From the NCBI GenBank assembly GCA_963924565.1, contig OZ004609.1, forward strand, positions 28,830,001 to 28,894,000: 64,000 nucleotides of DNA. The letters are read 5' to 3'. Every line of letters starts with the position of its first letter. Position 1 is the first letter of the stretch. Made by a program: the position numbers and the translations under genes. A model generated the notes under the pieces. That model ran no database searches, was not told the DNA's origin, and saw only the letters and a list, made by a program, of their open reading frames with translations. Source of the stretch: Ascidiella aspersa (taxonomy: Eukaryota). This document shows positions 50,931-60,573 of this stretch, in pieces.

Positions 50931-51983
50931 TTACAGCTTTACAATTTGTTTGCCAGTATTGCAGCCATTCATCATATCAATAAAAGCCTGACCACCATTC
51001 TCCAAGCCATGCACAAAATTTTCAGGAGAAACTATTTTCCCTGCTTCATAAATTTCCCTCAAGTATGTCAGTGTCTTTTCAAATTTATTGGGGTAGTTTA
51101 AAACTAGGAATCTGTCTCTAGATATTTTACGGCTTTCTATGATAGATTGGATTTCATTTTTTATAGGTGGTGGATATGGCACATCTTTGTTGTACACAGA
51201 TATTTGGCCGCACAGGATAACCTGAGAATTTGGGTTCATCTGCCTTATAACGGCATTGCTGATTTCTCCTCCAACATTGTCGAAGTATATATCAATACCT
51301 TGGGGACATTTTTCTTTGAGTTTCACTGCTACATCTTGGGTTTTGTAGCAGATGGCTGCATCAAACTGCAGCTTTTCACATAAAAATTCGCATTTCTTTT
51401 CTGACCCAGTAATACCAATCACTTTTTTGCAACCTTGCAGTTTAGCAAGCTGACCCGCTGTTGTGCCACATGCTCCAGCTGCTGCACTAATTACCATTAC
51501 TTGGTTGGCATCTGCAACTATGTTGCACATTTCTGAGATTCCTAAGGCAGCTGTTAGTCCAGTTACACCAAAAATTCCTAAAGCCAGGGAAGCATTTTCA
51601 GGCATGAGGCTATGCAATTTCTGCACACTTTTAGCATTAAGATTATTAAGAGTTTGCCAGGGCCACTCTAACCCAGCTGATGAAACTAAATCACCTTCAT
51701 TAATGCCGGCAGCACAGCTTTTAATCACTATACCAACCCCAGACCCAGAGATTGTGTCGCCAAGTTTCCACGCTGGAGCGTAATCAACACCACTGTCCTC
51801 ATTCATTCTGCATCGCATGTATGGGTCCACACTCAAATACAATGTTTCCAGTAAGACTTCACCTTGTCTTGGATTTGGAGGGGATGAAATGCTCTCACAA
51901 CAAAAGTTAGACACTGTTGGCTGCCCATTTACTCCAGGTCTTGAAGACAGATAAACTCGTTTGTTCATTTTTATATTTTGCAT
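50931..51983 (-). CDS. PTGR2: Prostaglandin reductase 2 (MDR-family NADP-dependent oxidoreductase), 350 aa, uninterrupted CDS
   Basis: TLYLSVDPYMRCRMNED, SAAAGACG, YFDNVGG, LCGQISVYNKDVPYPPP and RFLVLNY match PTGR2; ATG at 51983 just after a splice acceptor (the listed ORF start at 52073 is a TTG). Confidence 0.95.
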   Translation of the reverse strand: MQNIKMNKRVYLSSRPGVNGQPTVSNFCCESISSPPNPRQGEVLLETLYLSVDPYMRCRMNEDSGVDYAPAWKLGDTISGSGVGIVIKSCAAGINEGDLVSSAGLEWPWQTLNNLNAKSVQKLHSLMPENASLALGIFGVTGLTAALGISEMCNIVADANQVMVISAAAGACGTTAGQLAKLQGCKKVIGITGSEKKCEFLCEKLQFDAAICYKTQDVAVKLKEKCPQGIDIYFDNVGGEISNAVIRQMNPNSQVILCGQISVYNKDVPYPPPIKNEIQSIIESRKISRDRFLVLNYPNKFEKTLTYLREIYEAGKIVSPENFVHGLENGGQAFIDMMNGCNTGKQIVKL

Positions 51984-52002
51984 GGTTTTCAAGAGTTTCA
52001 AG

Positions 52003-52050
52003 CTAAAAAAAGGCAATACGAAGGGTAAAACAGAAAAAAACAAGGAACAA
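52003..52050 (-). promoter_or_regulatory. Strong 3' splice acceptor (cis or SL trans-splice) for PTGR2, lying in the FAM162-like 3' UTR
   Basis: Minus strand: ttgttccttgtttttttctgttttacccttcgtattgcctttttttag|cttgaaactcttgaaaaccATG. Confidence 0.7.
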
Positions 52051-52079
52051 TATAAATAATTATTATTACTCAAAAACGT

Positions 52080-52574
52080 TTATTCACTCGGTTTGGTTTC
52101 ATTTTTGCTTTGACGATAAACATAAATTACAATACCAACACCAGTTAAACAAAACAGAGTAAGCGCATAATCAGTGGTCATTGTCATCTTAAATCCTTTG
52201 TCCATGATTTCTGCCTTTACCGCATCTTTTTCTTTTTGACCTATTTGAACGGTTTTATACACAATTTCATTGGGCACGTCTTTAATGCTTTTATACTTGC
52301 CAAGCCTAACCAAAATCCATTTGTCAAACCAATGAAGTTTTCTGTGACGCACTTTGCCTTCTTTCTCCTCTTGCCGTTGTTTATTGATTATTTGACGGAC
52401 AGTTGATGTTGGCTTTGCCACTTTCTCCGTGACAACATGGGGGGTTGCATCACCCAGCGCTGGGCGAAATTTTTTTATTGTATCGGTGGTTACTTTGCCG
52501 CCTGATGCATATTGGCAAACACTGTAGTTTAAAGGTTTCTTCACCCTAATACTATAAAATATATTTTTTAACAT
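52080..52574 (-). CDS. FAM162: FAM162/DUF1075-like small mitochondrial membrane protein, 164 aa
   Basis: FDKWILVRLGKYKSIKDVPNEI resembles FAM162 WQKKILIWSGRFKKEDEIPETV; C-terminal TM YALTLFCLTGVGIVIYVY; basic presequence-like N-terminus. Confidence 0.65.
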   Translation of the reverse strand: MLKNIFYSIRVKKPLNYSVCQYASGGKVTTDTIKKFRPALGDATPHVVTEKVAKPTSTVRQIINKQRQEEKEGKVRHRKLHWFDKWILVRLGKYKSIKDVPNEIVYKTVQIGQKEKDAVKAEIMDKGFKMTMTTDYALTLFCLTGVGIVIYVYRQSKNETKPSE

Positions 52575-53554
52575 GGCTTATACACAGTTTCATCAATCCT
52601 AAAAAATACAGTTGTTTTAAATAATTTTTACGCGATGTTTATTTGTCCCAAAATATACACTTATTTTAGTGTTATAAAAAATATTAAAATCATACTCCAA
52701 TTGAAGATTGTAACTAATATACTCACACAATAATATTTCACTGTTTACCAAACAGAGCATTTACCATTGAGGTTACAAAGAATATAAAGAAAAACAGGCA
52801 GTAATCTTCTTTAACCTATATAGTTTAATAGTTATAGTACTCATTTGTTAATAGAAACAACGATGTTAAAAAATAATTTAAACAGTTTCCTCCAACCTAG
52901 CAGTACTTTGGGCGCTGGTCAAGAATGCCACAAGTTGTTTATAAGTACTGAAAGGTAATTCTATTTCACTAAGTTCATTCTTCTGATAGTGCTAGAATAA
53001 CCCTTGTTTCAAAATTGAAGCATGGGTTCAGCAGTATTTTGCCCATTGCGTCATATGACATGGTTCAAAATCAGGACATAATATTTCACCGTCATTCAAA
53101 GTTCGTGATGTGTCACAAAAAAATCTGTGTTGATTTATAATTAAATGTACATTTTGTTTCAATCATATGCATTTCATGTCATTGTCATTTCGCCGAAACA
53201 ATTGTTTTCTATGTTTTTAATAACTTTTAAATATCAACTGAGGGAAATTACCTGAAACCACTGGTTTAGGAAAATTGATATAATGTTTATATTGCGTTGT
53301 AGCTTTTTTATAAAATATTTTATTAGCTACAAAAACCCACCTGATTTTTAAAAAAGATTATCATTTGCAATTACGCTTACTCAGTAGCAGGCGATTAGTA
53401 ATTGAGTGAGTAAAACTGTAGCATTATTCGAAACAACAATACTAAACATTCATCAGCAGTCAACATCCGATTCTTAATTTGGTTTGTTGCATAGCTTAGT
53501 AGGATCTACTTTTTATAGTAACCAAACGACTTGTCAAAATTGAAATTGCAAAGG

Positions 53555-54005
53555 AGAAATAAATATATTAATAATACTTGATCCACCTGAACCTAAATCC
53601 AAATAGAGTTATCAATATTATAAAGCCCCAGACGGAAAAATATTTTATGCCCACCAGAGTTTTGCCATTTCCCCGTGTTCAAATATTTTAAATCACAATT
53701 TTTCGGTTAGGGTGCGGTTTAACGTTTGGATGTTAGTGTTATATTTATTCTACCAGATCTATAGGTTGCAATTTTAGATTTGAGTTGGTTTTCCAACAAC
53801 AATTAAAAAAGTGGTATAGGATTCTAGACCTGTTGATGTTCAGGGATTTAAATAACTAATACCGTTTGGGTTAGTGTTTAAGTTTGGGCTTGGGTGGGTC
53901 AAGTATTATTATTTATTCTCCCATATTTATTTCTTCCTTGCAATTTCAATTGTAACAACTCGCTTAGTTACTGTCAAAAATTGTACGATTCTAGACCAGC
54001 CAGTC
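53555..54005. repeat. Degenerate fragments of the same palindromic MITE family as 63564-63762
   Basis: Shared motifs ggttagggtgcgg, ggtgggtcaagtatta, taataatacttgatccacc (inverted copy), ggattctagacc; a TIR-like ggcgctggtcaagaat also at 52911. Confidence 0.65.
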
Positions 54006-54583
54006 TGGAAATTTTGGCAGATCTCGACGAGATCTCGCAGTTGCACGACTGGAAAAATCCGGTAAAAAAGGTGAAAAGGGTGTACTTTATGATTTTCCTA
54101 TGCACTCGGTATGGCATCCATTGCACTGTAAATGTATGCCGCACAAGCGTTTTACATATTTGGGGTGTAGCTCAATTTTTTTTCGGGTGCACTTTAAAAC
54201 TCTTGGGTGCATTTGCCATATTTCCACAGTGTTAGACATCACCCAATACTTTACTGTTTGATAAATGGATAAAAAGTATATGACTTGCATTTTAGGGAAT
54301 GGTCCAATCGGTTTTGGTAGATTAACTGATTTTAAGATAATAACTGTGGAAGTTAGTATATTCAACCTCAAACTACTTTAGTATTATAGGAAGTTGTTTG
54401 ACTAACTTTCAGAATTTATGTGGAATTAAAAGCTCCTAAATTGCTTTATCAAAAATGGAGCACTCTAAAGACCCCTAACCTCATTTGTTGTCACTGTAAA
54501 TAGCCTCTTTCAATTATTTTTAATCTCGTAAATAACTTGTTCTTTATTAGCAGGTTAAACAGAAATATTTTTTGTGGTATAAG

Positions 54584-57500
54584 ATGAAACACAGCATTTC
54601 CAATGTAGATGCCCTTCGCTATCTTGCCTTGAAGCGTTGTTGTGGAAAATTAGGACGGTGCTCTGCCAATGAGAAAAATGTTGCTTACATCTGTGAACAG
54701 TACAGACAATCTGCTCGTTTTCGAGCGATGGTAGATAAAACTTTGCAAGAAGAACACAAGTGCAAAAAACAAACTTTGCCTGACAGTACGACAGACAGTA
54801 CAGCAGACAGGAAAAATTCAACAGAACAAGCAAGTAGAAACCATTTTGACAATTTAAAATCAGTAAATCAAGCTAATAACTCTTCACACAGTTCAAAGGG
54901 CAATGAATGTGTTTATTCACCAAACCCTACACTTTCACCAAAGAAACACAAAAGACATTATATTTCTGCTTCAGATATTGCCCGCTATTTAAAACTTGCA
55001 AATAAACCCGTTTCAAAAAGAAAAGGTTATGAGATGGTCAGATTTAAATACTCCTATTATGCTGAGTATAGAGCTTTGGTGGATGCCACCCTCTTAGCAG
55101 ACAAGGAAAAATCTACAAAACAATTAGTTGAGAATGATGTTCCTAAGAGCCCTGTCATTCCTCCTTTTACTAACAGCAACAATCAAGTTTCAAACCAAGA
55201 GAATACATGTTTAAACTCTTTGACAGTCAATGAGGAAATTCGAAACCATTTAAATAATTGTACTACCACAACCAACCCAAAACAATCTGAAAATTTTGAA
55301 GACCTTTCCCCTTCCTCACTTTCAAATAACAGCAAACAAATATCAAAAACAACTACAAAGCCATATATATCAGCATTTGACATTTACCGCTTTACAAGAT
55401 TAAAAATGAAATCATACTCCAAGCACAAGGGCTATACGAAAGTAAGATATAAATACTTGAATGATGCCCTATATCGGGAATTGGTGGATGCCACTTTAGC
55501 AGAATTGGATAAAAACAAAGAGGTAGAACACAAGGAGATGTCTGCAAATCAAGCCAGAAACACACTCCCTGAAGACCCTGTTGCTTCCTCGTTTACATAC
55601 AACAATCAAGAAGAGAACCAAGTTAATGCAACAAATGAAGAAAGCTTAATACCATCATCTAGTTTTGCTATTCAACAAACCCTTTTACAATCACAAGCTT
55701 TTGTAGACCTTAACCATTCTTCACTTTCTAATCCGAAAAAGCAGCGGTCAACAAAGACTAGAAAACATTTTATTTCCAGACCTGACGTTTTTCGGTATTT
55801 AAAACTAAAAAACATTCGTCGTTCAAAGGAAAAAAGTTATTTTAAGATTAGAGACAAATACAATAAGGATGCTGAATTTCGAGCTTCAGTTGATTCTATT
55901 CTCTTTGCAGACAGGGAGAAATCAGCAAAGCAAGTCAGTCAAACATGCCCTGAAGACTCTGTTACTTGCCCTATTTCAAATAACAATGAAGTAGAGAATC
56001 CGGTTAATAATTTGCAGTCTTGTGCAACAGATGAAGAAAGCTTAATACCATCATCTAGTTTTGCTGTTCAACAAACCCTTTTACAATCACAAGCTTTTGT
56101 AGACCTTAACCATTCTTTAATTTCTAATCCAAACAAGCAGCGGTCAACCAAGACTAGAAAACACTTTATTTCCAGACCTGACGTTTTTCGGTATTTAAAA
56201 CTAAAAAACATTCGTCGTTCAAAGGAAAAAAGTTATTTTAAGATCAGAGACAAATATAATAAAGATGCTGAGTTTCGAGCTTCAGTTGATTCTACTCTCT
56301 TTGCAGACAGGGAAAAATCAGCAAAGCAAGCCAGTCAAACAGGCCCTGAAGATTCTGTTACTTGCCGTATTTCCAGTAACAATAAAGTAGAGAATCCTGT
56401 TAACAACTTACAGTGTTTTGCAACAAATGAAGAAAGCTTAATATCATCCCCTAGTTGTGCAGCTCAACCTACCCATGCGCTATCAGACCTTGACCATTCT
56501 TTAATTTCAAATACCAGCGATCAAAGGTCTAGAATTACGAGAAAACACTTTATTTCGAAATCTGACGTTGCTCGGTATTTAAAACTGAGAAATATTAGTT
56601 GTTCAATTAAAAAGGGTTACCAAAAGATCACAGACAAATACAATAAGGATGCTGAGTTTCGGGCTTTAGTTGACGTCACTCTCTTAAAAGGCAATGATAA
56701 AGCATCAAAACAATCCAACATTAGATTCAGTTCATTGAATAAAAATAAAAAAATAATGGAACAAGGAAACGAACATAACTGTGATGTTTACCAGCTTCGC
56801 AACCGTGCTGCACCTAAAACAATTCAACCCATAACGAAAAACTTTTCAAACTTGGAAATTTCTCTTTTTGATATTTGTCAATACCTCATGTTAAAAAGGG
56901 GACCTACTTTCAAAGTTACTATTAGGCACATTGAGGACACCTTAAAGCGTTGCACAGAAGATAGAAATTTATGTGCTTTCGTTTCAAAAACAGTGCAAGA
57001 AAAAAAGTACCAAGCAAGTGATGATCCTTCAGAAAATAATTTTTTAACCAACAATCCAGTTCAAGCAAGCTTGGAGGATCCATCCTTGTTACACCCAGTC
57101 CCACCTGTTTCTGAAACTATTTCAGAAGATGAAACAATACATAAGTTTCGTAGAATCTCCCGTGCTAATGCTCGTCTTTATATTATGTTAAAATGTGGAA
57201 CAGCGGACAGAATATCTAGACAAAACATTGAACGGGTTCGGGCAAAATACCAGTCAGATGAAACGTATCGTAATGCTGTTTTGCATATGTTTCAGGATGT
57301 TGACGGCCAGGGAACAAATTGCTTCAATAGACTTTTGCAAGATGTGTCATTTCATTTGTTAGGTAAAGGCAAAGCCAACTCTGCAGCAAATTTGCAAGAA
57401 GTTGGACAAACTTTTCCTCTTAATGCGACAGTAAGTCCAATCTCAAAACAGCCAGACATTGAACAGCACCAAGTTGCAGCCCAGAGCAATGCTTCATCTT

Positions 57501-59368
57501 TTGCAGAACCAACATACAGTCCACCAAAGAAGAGGAGGAAAATTGTTCTTGAAATATCCAAGCACAACTCACCAACAAAGTTACAACAATCTAGTTTTAC
57601 TGGGACCCCTCAAACCATGGATATACTAAGTCAAGCAGTTGAAGTTTTAAACGTACCCGAGGCTAGCAGTTTTATGACTCTGCAGCCACATGGACAATTA
57701 CAACAACAAATAGAAGACGTTGAAGATTTAAGGCTTCCTGTCATTGATGATGGTCTGTCCAACGAAACCCCAGAGGTATCTGATGGTGAAGTTAGCCTTA
57801 CCCCAGAGGTATCTGATGGTGAAGTTACCCCTTACTATAGCCCCTCCAAAGAAAGCAGTCCTCAAATTGTGGAGATTGGTTTCAATGAAGTAGATGAACA
57901 AGCAAATCTAAACGACCTTGTCGATATGGATGCAAGTTACGCTCTGAACTCCACAAGTGAGTCAGCTGTAAACGAGTTGGATGACTGTCAAGTTAAGAAG
58001 AAAGTCGAAATTGACTATTTGGATGACAGACCAAAAGTATCATTGCTGGATTCTAGAATTAAGCATTGTGGCCTTAATGCAATGCGCAAAGTGCGTCGAA
58101 AAAGGACAATTCAAGGCGACGATAACGACTGCGAAGCGGTAACGCTGGATTGCCCTGCAGGCGGCACTTTTCAATTCCCCAGGGATGTCTGGGAGACGTG
58201 CAAGCGCTCCAGAGTCAGAAGGCAGTTCAAAGACGGCTCCTGGAGATCAGTCATTTTGAAGAACATAAAGTCCTTCAACCCAGTGTGTGCATTCATCTTC
58301 AACCGACACTATGTGTGCGATGCGAGAACGTACCGCAAGAATCGCCTCTCCCCTATGTTTTACTGCATGGGCTACTGCAATTTTTCTGTGTGCAGCAACG
58401 AGTTCCAGGTGAAGCTGAACGCGGACCTGACGGCACACGTGCAGTTTGTGGGCACTGTGCGGCACAAACCGCACGAGGACGTGGCGAACCGCCTCACTAC
58501 ACAGGAAAGAAGAGAGCTTAAGGAGATATTAAAAACGACAAGCGTCGAGGAGTACGAGAAATTCCGCATGGCCTCTCTTACGCCCGAGGAGATCGCGGTC
58601 GGAAACCGGAACGGCTGTCCAAGTCGAGACCTGCTAAATATGATCAGGAACCAGTCTTTGCGCGAGGTGCTGAAAGAAGCGAACAGACAACTGGTGGCCA
58701 CTATGGAAAGCGAAGGCCACGACTGGCCGGCTTTAGAGGGCAAAAAAGAACACCAACGCAAAAAATTTTTCCACAAACCGGATGAGAGCGAAGAAAGCGA
58801 CGACTCGGAACAAAACGAATCGTTTTTCAGGCACCCGACGCCCACCCAGGGGCGCTTCACCTTTTCCCGAGAGGTTTGGGAGCGTTGCAGAAGAACCAAA
58901 GACAAGCGGCGCTTAGTGACCAACGAGTGGGCGGTCGAGGTGCGGTCCAAGTTAAAGGAATTGAACAACATGTGCTCCTTCTGCTTCACCTGTCACTTCG
59001 TTCGAAGAGAAGACAGCCAGCGACCGGCACAGGCACCACTGCTTACCTGCACCGGCTACTGTCGCTTCCCAACCTGCTCGGTGCGCTTCCACGTCGCGGT
59101 CGATCACCAGCTGGAAGCCTTCGTCAGGTTTAAAGGCCGACTCAAGCACCGGAGGAACGAAACGTATATGCACTGCATCCGGGGTGTGGAGAGGGATCGG
59201 CTCCGTCAGATCCTAATGACCACCAGCGTCACCGACTACTACAACGAGCAGCTGAAAAAGCTGACGCAGAAGGAGATCGACAGTGGCTGCCGCGATCGCT
59301 GTCCTTCCAAGGTTGTTTTAAAGCAAATCAGAGCCGAGTCGATTCGATTGATGAAAGAACAGCGGTGA
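54584..59368 (+). CDS. Uncharacterised 1594-aa probable nuclear DNA-binding protein: 8 novel ~50-aa repeats, NLS, 2 transposase-derived Cys/His domains
   Basis: 4.8-kb uninterrupted ORF preceded by acceptor tctttattagcag (54553); first ATG 54584; PPKKRRKIV at 57521-57547; AATAAA about 50 nt after the stop. Confidence 0.85.
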   Translation: MKHSISNVDALRYLALKRCCGKLGRCSANEKNVAYICEQYRQSARFRAMVDKTLQEEHKCKKQTLPDSTTDSTADRKNSTEQASRNHFDNLKSVNQANNSSHSSKGNECVYSPNPTLSPKKHKRHYISASDIARYLKLANKPVSKRKGYEMVRFKYSYYAEYRALVDATLLADKEKSTKQLVENDVPKSPVIPPFTNSNNQVSNQENTCLNSLTVNEEIRNHLNNCTTTTNPKQSENFEDLSPSSLSNNSKQISKTTTKPYISAFDIYRFTRLKMKSYSKHKGYTKVRYKYLNDALYRELVDATLAELDKNKEVEHKEMSANQARNTLPEDPVASSFTYNNQEENQVNATNEESLIPSSSFAIQQTLLQSQAFVDLNHSSLSNPKKQRSTKTRKHFISRPDVFRYLKLKNIRRSKEKSYFKIRDKYNKDAEFRASVDSILFADREKSAKQVSQTCPEDSVTCPISNNNEVENPVNNLQSCATDEESLIPSSSFAVQQTLLQSQAFVDLNHSLISNPNKQRSTKTRKHFISRPDVFRYLKLKNIRRSKEKSYFKIRDKYNKDAEFRASVDSTLFADREKSAKQASQTGPEDSVTCRISSNNKVENPVNNLQCFATNEESLISSPSCAAQPTHALSDLDHSLISNTSDQRSRITRKHFISKSDVARYLKLRNISCSIKKGYQKITDKYNKDAEFRALVDVTLLKGNDKASKQSNIRFSSLNKNKKIMEQGNEHNCDVYQLRNRAAPKTIQPITKNFSNLEISLFDICQYLMLKRGPTFKVTIRHIEDTLKRCTEDRNLCAFVSKTVQEKKYQASDDPSENNFLTNNPVQASLEDPSLLHPVPPVSETISEDETIHKFRRISRANARLYIMLKCGTADRISRQNIERVRAKYQSDETYRNAVLHMFQDVDGQGTNCFNRLLQDVSFHLLGKGKANSAANLQEVGQTFPLNATVSPISKQPDIEQHQVAAQSNASSFAEPTYSPPKKRRKIVLEISKHNSPTKLQQSSFTGTPQTMDILSQAVEVLNVPEASSFMTLQPHGQLQQQIEDVEDLRLPVIDDGLSNETPEVSDGEVSLTPEVSDGEVTPYYSPSKESSPQIVEIGFNEVDEQANLNDLVDMDASYALNSTSESAVNELDDCQVKKKVEIDYLDDRPKVSLLDSRIKHCGLNAMRKVRRKRTIQGDDNDCEAVTLDCPAGGTFQFPRDVWETCKRSRVRRQFKDGSWRSVILKNIKSFNPVCAFIFNRHYVCDARTYRKNRLSPMFYCMGYCNFSVCSNEFQVKLNADLTAHVQFVGTVRHKPHEDVANRLTTQERRELKEILKTTSVEEYEKFRMASLTPEEIAVGNRNGCPSRDLLNMIRNQSLREVLKEANRQLVATMESEGHDWPALEGKKEHQRKKFFHKPDESEESDDSEQNESFFRHPTPTQGRFTFSREVWERCRRTKDKRRLVTNEWAVEVRSKLKELNNMCSFCFTCHFVRREDSQRPAQAPLLTCTGYCRFPTCSVRFHVAVDHQLEAFVRFKGRLKHRRNETYMHCIRGVERDRLRQILMTTSVTDYYNEQLKKLTQKEIDSGCRDRCPSKVVLKQIRAESIRLMKEQR
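55627..56690 (+). repeat. In-frame 396-bp (132-aa) tandem repeat, ~2.7 copies, inside the large ORF
   Basis: tgcaaca(a/g)atgaagaaagcttaata at 55627, 56023 and 56419; copies 1 and 2 nearly identical. Confidence 0.92.
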
Positions 59369-60050
59369 CATTGGGATGTGTACGGCGGCCCGTTTGCCCG
59401 TTTGTTTCTATTACTTTAATAAAACGCACCAATTGTCGCATTGCTTGATATAAGGCTGTCGAAAACAAGACTCCGTTTGTACATCGTGTGTTTCGCACAG
59501 TATTGTGTGAACTGTTTACGTTTTCATTAGTAGTCACGCTATTTCCTTAACCGTACTCCACATCTTGCGCTACCTTATGTGTGAAGTACAGTAATCGTGT
59601 TGCCGTGTCATGTTTTTTTGCCGTGCGATTTTACGTATTAAAAATACGATGTGAAATTGTGTAAGTTTTAGACTGGGTTGCCGAGAGCAGCGTCGGGTCA
59701 AGAGGCTAAGATCTTTATAGGCAAACAACAAAACAGCTCTAAAGTTGAAAATTGGCCATGTTCATAACTCTGCGAGAAACTGCATAGAAGTCACAATTTT
59801 TCAATTTGCCCATATCACGTATGTTCAGCCAACTTGCGGAAGTATGAGATATTGTGTTTATTTCTGTTTCATGGTCTATGACTTTTTGTGAGAAGGCATA
59901 TGTGTATAAATTTTGCTTCACTAAATATAGCCCAATCCTCGAAAAATGATAGGATCATACAATTCATCTAAAATTTGAATAAATCAGACAAAAAACGAGA
60001 CAATCCCTTTAAGTACATCACCCATCAACCAAAAACGACTCGCCTAAAGG

Positions 60051-60272
60051 CAGAGGCGTAGCAAGGGTATTTTGCACCCGGTGGCAAACTATAAAATTTT
60101 CGCCCCCTCCTCCACGTTTAATTACATTTTCCATTAGCCTACATTAACATAACCTTCCTTTATACGATAAAACAATTAACATTTTAATAGAACGTTGATT
60201 TAAAGAAGTAGCAGCCTCTTTTGGCATTTGAAAGCCTCATTTTGGCGCCCCTGTACCCTTGGCGCCCGGGGA
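60051..60272. mobile_element. Truncated hAT-like MITE fragment
   Basis: Starts CAGAGGCGTAGC with gcacccgg, cgcccc and ggcgccc subterminal motifs; no right TIR found. Confidence 0.4.
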
Positions 60273-60573
60273 CATACGAGGTGCGAAAAACTAGATAAGC
60301 ACGCGATAACTGGACAATGCGAAAAAACGAGGCTACAATTTTCTAAAGCCCTTTTTTAGTCGCGGATCAAAAACAAACGCAGAAAGCTGTTAGCGGGCCT
60401 TTTAATTTTAATTGACAATTATGTGTAGTTTTCAGCATTATATTACGAAACAACTTAATTTACCGACTGTTAAACACGGCCGATCTGGGAATTGTTTGCA
60501 TTAAAAAGGGGTCTAACCATACATTTAAGAAAAGGGCAGTATAAAGAGTCCGCGAAATAATTAGCCTCTACAG

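Noticed and set aside
50931-50942. C-terminal -VKL as a peroxisomal PTS1 on PTGR2
   Set aside because: Val at the -3 position is not canonical, and the end aligns with the family's GKQIV motif.
51984-52073. Hydrophobic 30-aa N-terminal extension of PTGR2 that looks like a signal peptide
   Set aside because: It starts at TTG and is simply the translated polypyrimidine tract; homology begins after the ATG at 51983.
58372-58989. 205-aa antisense ORF
   Set aside because: Shadow of the GC3-rich sense CDS, with no independent coding features.
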